Assembly (NCBI GenBank): GCA_036630325.1
Contig: CP142734.1
Span: 186,001-250,000 of the forward strand
Direction of reading: 5' to 3'
From: Vairimorpha necatrix
Lineage: Eukaryota
DNA: 64,000 nt
This document shows positions 13,643 through 23,584 of this stretch, one piece after another. A model generated the notes under the pieces. It worked only from the letters and a program-made list of their open reading frames with translations, did no database searches and had not been told where the DNA came from. The position numbers and the translations under genes are program-made. Position 1 is the stretch's first letter; every line of letters begins with the position of its first letter.

Positions 13643-13853
13643 GCTATGGCAAGCTGCTGGTGCCGTAGCATTTACGTTGAACTAGTTAGGTTCTTAACTG
13701 ACGAGTAGGTCAGACGTGTTATTCTATTAGAACCCTGCTGAACGCAGGTCACAGACAGGAATGTTTGTGGTTCTAATCCTAAGGGATATTTTTTCTCCTA
13801 CAACCAAGGCCTTTATGGCATGCTGGTGTGTATCACAAGTTATTGGCTGTTGA
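13643..13853 (+). other. Structured LINE 3' UTR
   Basis: GC-enriched relative to the flanks; visible stems gctatggca/tgccgtagc, agttagg/cttaact, attagaac/gttctaat enclosing cctgc/gcagg and cacagaca-GGAA-tgtttgtg. Confidence 0.65.
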
Positions 13854-13932
13854 AGTTTTTATTTGCTGGGTGGCTTTTCTTTAATAAAAATAAAAGTTTT
13901 TTTTTTTTTTTTTTTTAGTTTAAGAATGGGAC

Positions 13933-16568
13933 AAAAGAGTCAGATGTGTTATTTTAGATATAGAAATGTTAAGAATAAAGACGAATGTGAGAAAGTTAAA
14001 GATGAAGGTAGCAGTAGCTGTGATGAAAGGACTTATAGGAACACATGGGATGTTAAAGACAAAAGAAACAAGAATGGAAGACAAGAAATAAAAGATGTTA
14101 TGATGAGGTAGAAAAGAACGGTCTAACATTAGAAGACACGAGAAAGAGGTTTAGGATTGTTATAGACAACAAAGAAGAGAAAATAAGATACTGTAAAATT
14201 GAAAAATTCAAAATCATGACTGAAAAAGGCAAGAAAGTTGTAAGGAAAGGTCAGCAGGTGCCACAAGCGCATAAAGAAGAGCTGAGAAAATATATTCAGA
14301 AGTTAGAGACAAGAAATGTCATAAGAAGATCGACGTCGGAATGGAGAAATCCGATTAAAGCTTTAGTTAAGCCAGATGGAAGTATAAGACTGGTTTGCAA
14401 TTCTCATGGCATTAAATGATTTAGTGAAGAAAGACCCTTATGAATTAGTGAACATTAGAGATATCATAAGGAACACGCAAGGGTCGAAGTTTTTCAGTGT
14501 TATAGACCTTAAGGAGGTTTTTTATGGAATCGAAAAAGAAGAGCAAGACAAGCATAAGACTGCATTTGAGTATGATAAGATAGTATATGAGTGGAATAGT
14601 ATGGTCATGGGGTTTATAAAACTCGCCTCAGATCATGCAGAGAATTATGAATAAGATTTTTGAAAAACATTTGGGTGGTAAAATAGAAGTATACATGGAT
14701 ATAATAGTGATTCATGCGAAGACTATAAAAGAACATGAAAACTATTTGTAGAAGCGATGGAATTGTTAGAACGGAATAATATGCGGATAAATTCAAGGAA
14801 AATTCAGTATTGCCAAAAGGAAGTCAAGTTATTGGGAGTTACATTAAACGGAGATGATATGATGCCGTCTGAAATCAAGAAAAACGAAGCACTAGAGTTT
14901 CCAACGCCGCAGAATGTGTCTGACCTAAGAAGATTTTTAGAACTGAGTGGATGGTTTCGAGGATTTATTAAGAATTATGCGGAGAAGACATTATAAATGA
15001 CTGAAAGCTTGAAAGGTAAAAGTAAAGTGCTGAATTGGACTGATCACTTGAATTAAGATTCGAAAATATGAAGGAAACGTTAAGAAGTATGAGTAAGTTG
15101 GAAATTGTAAACTATGACAAGGAATTTTTATTAAGAACTGACGCGAGCAATATAGGAATGGGCGCAGTACTTATGCAGAAGAATGATAAAGAGGAGTGGA
15201 TGCCAGTACAATGGGCATCGAAGAAATTCACCCCCTACGTAAACAAGATATGGTATAAGTGAAAAGGAAATGTATGCCATATATTGGGGTATAAAGAATT
15301 TTGAGTATGAGTTAAGAACGAAAATTTAAAGTAGAAACGGATCACATAGCATTGGCGGAAATAAGAAGAAAGCCGTGTTTTAATAATAATAGAATTAATC
15401 GATGGATGAAAAGATCCAAGAATTTGACTTTGAAATAGATTACAGGAAACCAGAACATATGGTCGTGGCGGATGCTTTGAGTAGGATACACGAGGAGGTT
15501 GATATAAGAAAAGAAATGATAAAAAAAAGAAGTGAGCGTCAAATTGAAGGTAAATGGTTGAAGCACGTCGAGAAAATAGACGGTAAAGAATACTGGAATT
15601 TTGATTCGGGGAGGAAAGCATTGATTCCTAAAATAAAAGAAAGAGATGAGCTTATGAGACGTTATCATGAAGAGCATGGTCACAGAGATCTAGGAAGTAT
15701 GTATTATGTTATGAAGTTTAATTATTATTGGCCAGGAATAAAAGAAGATATAGTGAAAATGATAAAAAGATGCGAAGAGTGTCAAATTTACAATAGGAAA
15801 AAGTCTGGAGGATGTGATTTTGTTGCTACAAGCAGGTATTTAGAAAAAGTAGCGTTAGATTTAATTGATTTTAAAGATAAGGGCAAATATGTATTAGTTG
15901 CGATAGATTAACATACGAGGATAGCGTGGGGATGTGTATTATACGATAAGAAGAGATCCTCTGTAGCCCAGTTTATTGAGAACTTATGTAGAAATGGCAG
16001 GAGGCCGAAGGAAATAATAACGGATAATTGGAAGGAATTTGATAATGTTGACTTTAAGAATTTGTGTAGAAAATTGGATATTACCCATAATAAGGTGAGT
16101 TTCGAGCCTCATAGAAGCAATGGTAGTTTGAAAGAGTTATAGGAACGCTTAGAGAGCTAATATTGAAAATGAGTAAAGAGACGGCGAGTTTTAAAGACAT
16201 AGTGATGGAAAGCTTTAAAATTTATAATAATAGTTACCATGAAGGTATAAGAAGTACTCCCGATGAAGCGGTAAAAGACAATACGGGAAAAGTGATGATA
16301 TTAAATGGACCAGAAGGAGACTACAGTAAAAGATTTGTTAGAAGATATAGAGAGCGGTTTATTGAAGGACAACGAGTATGATAGCTAAGTAAGAAAACAT
16401 CAAAGGATGTAATAAATATGGAAAGGGAAGGTTTTTAGACGAAAGTATTATAATGGTGATATGCCCTGGGACTCGTATGTTGTGAAGCTATATAATGGGC
16501 GATATGTTAAAAATAGACATTATGACTTGAAAAATCTGCTTGGGGTTAATGGTGATGTAGGAGACTAA
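13933..16568 (+). pseudogene. pol: Gypsy 1 gag tail and pol (RT, RNase H, integrase)
   Basis: RT: SEWRNPI..KPDGSIRLV, FSVIDLKE, KTAF, YMD; RNase H: LRTDASNIGMGAVL, VVADALSR; integrase: HEEHGH..YYWPG..CEECQ, VALDL, ITDN.KEF. No D[ST]G protease motif seen. Confidence 0.93.
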
Positions 16569-16585
16569 CCGCCTTGGAGGGGGGA

Positions 16586-16634
16586 TGTTATATATTCTTA
16601 TATTTTTGATCCCCAATTATGATAAATAAATACA
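16586..16634 (+). repeat. 3' LTR of Gypsy 1 (49 bp)
   Basis: Immediately preceded by PPT ggagggggga; TG...CA; matches 7884-7932 with 2 substitutions. Confidence 0.92.
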
Positions 16635-16988
16635 TCTAATAATTTTAAAGCATCATTACGAAATGGCCATGAAATTACCAATAAAAACAATATCAACAAC
16701 AATGAAATCAATAAATAAAAATCTGATCAAAGCATCAAGGAAGATGATAATTTAAATAAATTTATTATGAATACTAAATCGAAAGATAAAAGAATTAAAT
16801 CTAAGAATCTACCATCATCGAATAAGAAATCTGATGATGATGATAATAACACTCCTTTTTGTAGTTTGATTCGTTTATTTTTTTATGTTGTCACGTTTTT
16901 TGGAAACGGTATCTTATTAGGTTTTCACTGGGACGATATTATAAAAAAAAATAATTATTTAAAGCTAATTATTAATGTTGCAAATTAA
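16635..16988 (+). pseudogene. 3' fragment of the 1542-2780 family gene created by the duplication breakpoint
   Basis: ORF 16767-16988 (MNTKSKDKRIKSKNLPSSNKKSDDDDNNTPFCSLIRLFFYVVTFFGNGILLGFHWDD) duplicates 2592-2780. Confidence 0.8.
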
Positions 16989-17595
16989 TGATAAATCAAA
17001 TAATAATCATGTTTTTTTTAAAATGATTTATCAAGTAAATCCATTAATTAAGCTATTAAATACATATAATTTAAAATACTATCTAATTTATTAATGAATT
17101 TATAATTATTACATTCAAGAGTTTTTGATTTCCTGATGTTATGAAACACAAGTCTGATGTTATATCGAGTACAGATCTTATATAATTCAAAATTTATTTG
17201 ATGATATGAAAGACTCCTTTGTAATTTATTATATTTCAAATTATATTTAAAAGGGGGATATTTTATTCTATACCTAAAAAATTTAAAAAAAATCATGACT
17301 ATAAGATTATGAATAAAGAACAAACATTATTCTTATGAGATCTATCCTTCGATTTTTATAGCAGCAGTTCTAGCGAATTAGACATTTTAAAAATAAAAAG
17401 CATTAAAAGCTGCATTTTCATAGATATTAAATATGTAATAATTACTTGTCTCGACTTAATTCATTAAGGTGGTAATATTTTATACGGTATAGTTTACGTT
17501 CCTTTAAACGTACCTATCATGTTTATATTAACTAATAAAGAATTCGTTAAAATAGCCAATAAGAAAAAAATGCAAAAATATCGAAGACCAAAAAA

Positions 17596-18452
17596 GGAGC
17601 ATTTTCACTTTATCCCCCCCTTACCAATATAAATTAAGAATTTTTAAAAAATATCCCTTTTTTTCGAAATTTGAAGCGGAAAAAATGTGAAGGAGCAAAA
17701 GTCAAAAAAATAAAGTTGTAATAAAATAGCATATTTACCAAAAATAAAACAATTGTTTTTTCGTTTTTTTTCAATTTTTTAAAAATTTCCTTCTTCCACT
17801 TATTGATCAAGATTTATCTTTATTGTACATTGCAATGTATAACAACGAAAATCTTTATATAAACAATATTATATAAGGTTCATTTGCTTTATAAATGAAT
17901 ATTTTTTAAGAATTAAAGAATTTTCCAAACATGTAATATTTTACTTTTGGATCTAAAATATAACATTTCTTATTAAATTGATATTAAATACACATCAATA
18001 ATTCTTTAAAGAGCATAAAGATAACATTATTTTTTTTCTGTTTGTCTAGAAAAACCAATGAAAACCTAAAAAACAAGACTAATAAATATACTACCAAACT
18101 AAGAATAACCAAACCTAAATCTGTTTTAAACAACATAAACTGTGTATAAACATGTTTTTCTTGAGCAAAAATTAAATGTAATGACAAAAGAAAGCAATAG
18201 GTTAAAACATATTTTTACAAATTTAGACTTCTATTTAACTCATAGTTTATTAAAAAACATTATCAAATTGGTTTAAATAATATATTTTTTATAAACTATG
18301 TTCAAACTAGATATTTCTAAGACCATTTTTTTCTTATGTAAATTTTCCTTTGTTTCTTTCCGCTTTGGACGCTTTGACTTTTAAAAAACAGGGCTAAAAA
18401 TAAAAAATTTTGTATTTATATTGGTAAGGGGGGGATAAAGTAAAAATTAGCC
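17596..18452 (+). mobile_element. Non-autonomous DNA transposon (MITE), Merlin-like, copy 1
   Basis: ~40-bp TIRs ggagcattttcactttatcccccccttaccaatataaat / atttatattggtaagggggggataaagtaaaaattagcc; GG...CC ends; 8-bp target sites; absent from duplication copy A. Confidence 0.88.
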
Positions 18453-19174
18453 CTCAAAACATTGTCCAATACTTTACATTTACAAAGAAATTAAGAGTAG
18501 TTTATATTCTGCGTTTGGTGTATTTGCTATTTAGAATTCACTATTAATATTATAAATCTTTGATTTTTTCTGTGTAAATTTTATATGGTACAAAAACATA
18601 TAAAAGAATGCAATTTTTACTATAATAGTCTATAGATGTAGAATTATTAGACTTTTTTTCCTATATCATTTTATTTTAGTAAAGGAAACTAAATCGAAAA
18701 ACCAAAAAAATTTTAAAATTTTTTAGATTTTTAAGATTAAGTTTATTATAGTTTTCTTTTGTCTTTGTAAAAATTTATTATTAATTTTTTTTTCTGTCGC
18801 ACAACATTCTTACTGTATCTGTAAGAAAACAAGGCTCTCGAACTTTTCGGCTGTCATGCATCAATGCGGCCAGCCATTGACGTAGTCAATTGCATATTCA
18901 TCAACGAACAAAGGAAGAAAAACATTAAGTGCGGGTTCTAGTTTGTAATGTCAAAATATAAAAAAGCTGTATAAAAATCTAGCATCTCTTCAACAGATGA
19001 TACATTTGACACTAATTAAATTGAAAACATTGTAGGGCAAGCTTTCATCCCTTCTCATATATAAAATATACGAAAAACAATTAACTCTTTTTAGAAACAC
19101 CGAGCAGCCAGAATTGACATTTATGCTAAGTTTTATTTTTTCTAATGTTAACAGAGATTTTAAATATTTTTCGG
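18453..19174 (-). other. Inverted segment (reverse complement of 3420-4134)
   Basis: 18453 ctcaaaacattgtccaatac is the reverse complement of 4115-4134, and tctaatgttaacagagattttaaatatttttcgg (to 19174) is the near reverse complement of 3420-3453. Confidence 0.93.
18795..19129. mobile_element. Solo-LTR-like element, duplicated and inverted copy of 3466-3800
   Basis: tgtcgcacaacattc...gaattgacatttatgcta is the reverse complement of 3466-3800. Confidence 0.75.
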
Positions 19175-20026
19175 GGCTAATTTTCACTTTATCCCCTCCT
19201 TACCAATATAAATACAGAATTTTTTATTTTTAGCCCTGTTTTTTAAAAGTCGAAGCGTCCAGAGCGGAAAGGAACAGAGAAAAATTTACATAAGTGAAAA
19301 AAAGGGCCTAGAAATATCTAATATGAACATAGTTTATGAAAAATATAATATTTAAACCAATTTAATAATGTTTTCTAATAAACTATGAGTTAAATAGAAG
19401 TCTAAATTTGTAAAAATATGTTTTAACTTATTGCTTTCTTTTGTCATTACATTTAACTTTTGCTAAAGATAAACATGTTTATACACAGTTTATAATGTTT
19501 AAAACAGATTCTAGGTTTGGTTATTCTTAGTTTGGTTGTATATTTATTAGTCTTGTTTTTTAGGTTTTTATTGGTTTTTCTAGACAAACAAAGTAAAAAT
19601 AATGTTATCTTTATGCTCTTTGAAGAATTATTGAATCGTATAGAATGTCAATTTATTAATATATGTTATATTTTAGATCTAAAAGTAAAATATTATATGT
19701 TTGGAAAATTCTTTAATTCTTTAAAAATATTCATTTATAACAGCAAATGGACCTTATATAATATTGTTTATATAGAGATTATCGTTGTTATACATTGCAA
19801 TGTACAATAAAGATAAATCTTGATCAATAAGTGGAAGAAGGAAATTTTTAAAAAAAAACGAAAAAACAATTGTTTTATTTTTGGTAAATATGCTATTTTA
19901 TTACAACTTTATTTTTTTGACTTTTGCTCCTTCACATTTTTTCAGCTCCGAATTTCGAAAAAAGGGATATTTTTTAAAAATTCTTAATTTATATTGGTAA
20001 GGGGGGGGATAAAGTGAAAATGCTCC
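19175..20026 (-). mobile_element. Merlin-like MITE, copy 2 (inverted relative to copy 1)
   Basis: Reverse complement of 17596-18452 over its whole length; ends ggctaatttt...aaaatgctcc. Confidence 0.88.
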
Positions 20027-22744
20027 GTTTTGAGTACCTTATAAATCTTCAATATGCATTTACTTTTTTTTGATTCTTGGAAACTTTAAAACACAAAAAG
20101 CTCTTTATTTTTTTAACGGATTCGTCCATTTCAACGACTATCATTTATTTTTACTTTGATTTTTAGATTTGGATTTAATTTGATTTATTTAAATATATTT
20201 TTTAAGTCTTTTTGAATATACTAACAAGTATTTCGCTTTAATATATACACAACCTATGGTAGCATGTATTGAGCATGATATTTGCATAAATGTATGGTAA
20301 AAATCCTGCTAGTAAAAAGCTTTGCTACGAATAAAAATTATATTTATATATTCGCATATATATATCGCAACCCAATTTTTTTATGTTCTACCGTATCTCC
20401 GCACTTTAAATACATTTTTATGTTAATTTTTACGATCTTTATTATCATATATTTCCATCTCTTCTATGTACAACATTTATATCTGATGAAGTTTCATAAA
20501 TTTAAACTATATAACCTTCGAATCTAGATTAGATTTTGTTTTGCAAATTTATCTAATTATAGTAATCAAATTAGTTTTGGTATTTCCTTCTACATCATCA
20601 TCATCAATCGTAAGGTTTTCATTTCTTTTAACTTGATCGAGGTACTCTCTAAAGTTTATTAATGTTTATAAAATCTAATTTTGCACTTATATAAAAATCT
20701 TATATGTTTTATTTCAGCATATATTAAATCTTAAATGACATCTCAAAATTCTTAATGAGATATCTCATTATGTGGTTGAGAAGATGGTTTTTTTTGCAAA
20801 TAAATAGGAATGCTAGATTTTTGCCCAGGATATTACGAAAATTTTTAGACGAAACAAAAGAGATATTATATATGGAGAAATACTTTAGGCCATGTACAAC
20901 AAAGACTATACCTTTACGAACGCAAATTGGTTAGAGGTTTGTTCATCGAATTATTTTTAAAACTTATGATCTAAAATATTTTCAAGCCGTAATGACTTTA
21001 TTCAAGAATATAAGCAATATCTGAAATTTAATAAAAAATATTTTATAAATTTAAGGTAACTTAGGGAGAAAAAAAAAAAATTAATACTAACATTGAAGAA
21101 CTAATTGGTACCGTTTACTGCATTTATCAACATAAAAAATTTAATTTTTGACAATTATTAGATAAGAAGATGTGCCTTTTGAATTTTAAATGAGAGGTAA
21201 AAGCTATGGCTCAAAAAAAATAACATAGCCATAAGTGACAATAAAAACATGTTTTTTTGATTAAATTTCGATCTGTTTCTAAAAACAGGAATTCATATTT
21301 TAAAGAAAAAACGGCGAATGAATAGCCTTGGTTGTTTGAGTCTAAAACATCTTTTATTTATAGACATAACGATATGGTACAATGCACACATAAGTTGATA
21401 CATTTTTCTAAAAAGTTGTAAAGCAAAATATCAAGAGATAGTTCATGAGGATGTGTTTATACAATTCTTTATGCTTAATGCTGCCAATGCAAAGAATATA
21501 AGTAAAAAATAGTAATTGCGATGATATGTTTAAAAAGAATAAAAAAATGATTAAAATTTTTATCTAAGTTCTGATTACGTTTTTCAGAAAAAACGAGAAT
21601 AAACTAAGAATCTCATTTTAACAAGAGGTCTAGAGATTATTTTTGTATATCTTTCTCTTTTAATTTGTAGAGTTACAAAACATCGCGTCAGGTACAGAAA
21701 GCACTTGGCATTTCCTAAAACACTGGCTCTTGGATTTAAATCGAATAAAACCTTGACGACTTCAGATTAATGTTTAGATTTGAAAAAAGAAGAATCGACT
21801 ATAATAAACACGCTGAGAAAAATACTCCAAATATATTACAAAACCAAATTTTTAAGACAATTTTGATAGTTCATAAATTTTAAAATCTATTGTTTTTTTT
21901 AAGTATTATTTTCATTTTTTTTAAAAATTTCGTAAATAATGTACTTTGATTTCATAATATTAAAATCATAACCAGAGCTATCTGTTTTCGACTTATTTTA
22001 ACTATTTATAATGTTATTCTGTTTTATATCTTATAAAAAATAAAACTAATCATTTTTCCGTTCAAAAGCATTTTGTGTGTAACTTAGTTATTCTTTAGTT
22101 CAAAAAAGCGCAATAACAAGATTAAAACCTATTATTCTAGTATCTATCTTATGAACACTATAAAATTTGTTGATTATAAATGTTTTCTCTCATCTTTCCA
22201 TATATTTCTTCATTATTTCCTCAATGATTTCTTTTATCAAAGACACATTTTTATAAATTTTAAATAAAATCTTGATGTAGATGTTTTAATCAATCGTAGT
22301 TAATACAAGACATTGTTCGTTACTTTTAATTCTCAAAGCTTTCATAATTTTCAAATTTAAAGTAGATCAAAATTGATAATTAAAAATTTATGGCCGAAAG
22401 TAAAAAATGTATTATTTTTTCATAAATGACGTTTATTTGCTAAAAAGATAGTCATAAATTATGTAAACTTAACTACATTTATCTCGAAATATTTAATTAA
22501 ACGCTATTTTAATTGAAATATGATAACTACACAGATGTTACTATGAATATTTCATATAATCATTATATGTGCAACCTTTAAAACAAGTTAATAGTTATTT
22601 ATTATGATTTAAACATAGAGAGTGTAAAATGAATACTCACATTGCCTTTTCAAACATTTAATCAAATGTTTTTATTGATTAAAGTTTTATGTCATTAATT
22701 CATTAATATTAATTCTCTATAAATATTGAATTTTATTGAACCCC

Positions 22745-23584
22745 ATGTTTTGGCAAATATTGACTTGTTTAAACTTTGGATATTCTACTGATACGTTTCT
22801 TTTTTTGAATTATCATGATAGAGAGGGATCTCTTTGCGATCTTTATATCGGTGCTTTAGAGGAAGAAACTGACACTATGTTAAATTCAGTGTTTCTATCA
22901 ACAGAATATGAATGGTATTGGAGAGCTTTTCTTGAGGGTTGCAGGTTCGAAGATGGATTATTCCATATGAGAGATAACTGTATTTACTTACAGAGGATAG
23001 AAAAAGAAGATCATGAAAGTATTAGAAAATTACCGCCAATTGTTGAAAATAAGAATCTTTTTAAAAAGTTTATTGCGTGTAAAGAATATTACAAGTGTAA
23101 GATTGAAGTCGAGGCAGAAAAGGTATTTCTTTTTTATAAAGTCAGTCTAAATAAAACGGAAGATTCTCTAACTTGGTGGTTTTCGACATTAATGCGGTTT
23201 GAACTGAATAATATGTATGCTGATGTTGAATTCCCTTTCCCTAAAGTTCTTAATCTGAAAAATCGTCGTGGAGAAGATGTCTATAATTCAATTATGGAGT
23301 TTACTTATTTGTTTTTAGAAAAAAGTATTGAAATAAATGAGACATCAGATACGGAGGCTAAACAAATTGCTACAAATGAGGGTAGTTCGTCCAACACTGT
23401 TTCCAAAGAAGAAAATAAAGGCGAAAAAGAAAAAACTAAATCTTCTACTTATGTTTCAGAAATTCGCAATGAAGAAGGACCTGATAAAGCAGAATTGTTT
23501 AGAATTTTAGGGAATGCTTTGTCAAGACTATTTACTCATGTTTCAATATCTACTGGCGAACATGTCGACAATGACAATAAATAA
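22745..23584 (+). CDS. Predicted secreted protein of the local family (279 aa), function unknown
   Basis: CCCC-ATG at 22745 (the track's TTG at 22736 is unlikely); hydrophobic N-terminus; family motifs CDLYIG, DHESIRKL, EYYKCK, LTWWFS; acidic/charged C-terminal region with no TM segment. Confidence 0.85.
   Translation: MFWQILTCLNFGYSTDTFLFLNYHDREGSLCDLYIGALEEETDTMLNSVFLSTEYEWYWRAFLEGCRFEDGLFHMRDNCIYLQRIEKEDHESIRKLPPIVENKNLFKKFIACKEYYKCKIEVEAEKVFLFYKVSLNKTEDSLTWWFSTLMRFELNNMYADVEFPFPKVLNLKNRRGEDVYNSIMEFTYLFLEKSIEINETSDTEAKQIATNEGSSSNTVSKEENKGEKEKTKSSTYVSEIRNEEGPDKAELFRILGNALSRLFTHVSISTGEHVDNDNK

Larger units (their letters stand above)
8319..13917 (+). mobile_element. APE-endonuclease non-LTR retrotransposon (LINE), apparently near full length, decayed
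   Basis: 15-bp TSD gttcaagaatgggac (8304-8318) / gtttaagaatgggac (13918-13932); ORF1-like region, then APE, RT and C-terminal CCHC; ends aataaaaataaaag + T20. Confidence 0.93.
7884..16634 (+). mobile_element. Ty3/Gypsy LTR retrotransposon 1 (decayed; ~3.1 kb once the nested LINE is removed)
   Basis: 49-bp TG...CA direct repeats at both ends, TGG-starting PBS, PPT ggagggggga (16576-16585), gag with CCHC knuckle, RT-RNaseH-integrase order. Confidence 0.95.

Noticed and set aside
13698..13720. CTGACGAG as a hammerhead ribozyme core
   Set aside because: No downstream GAAA closing a stem II and no stem III/UH site; the bases fit an ordinary stem-bulge.
8642..15683. Antisense ORFs within the LINE and Gypsy 1 (e.g. 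8642-8851, 11609-11887, 15235-15621)
   Set aside because: Shadow frames of the sense-strand retroelement genes.
17984..19810. Paired hydrophobic ORFs (17984-18187 minus, 19517-19810 plus) suggesting small membrane proteins
   Set aside because: They lie inside the two MITE copies, use non-ATG starts and have frames that diverge between copies; T-rich strand bias explains the hydrophobicity.
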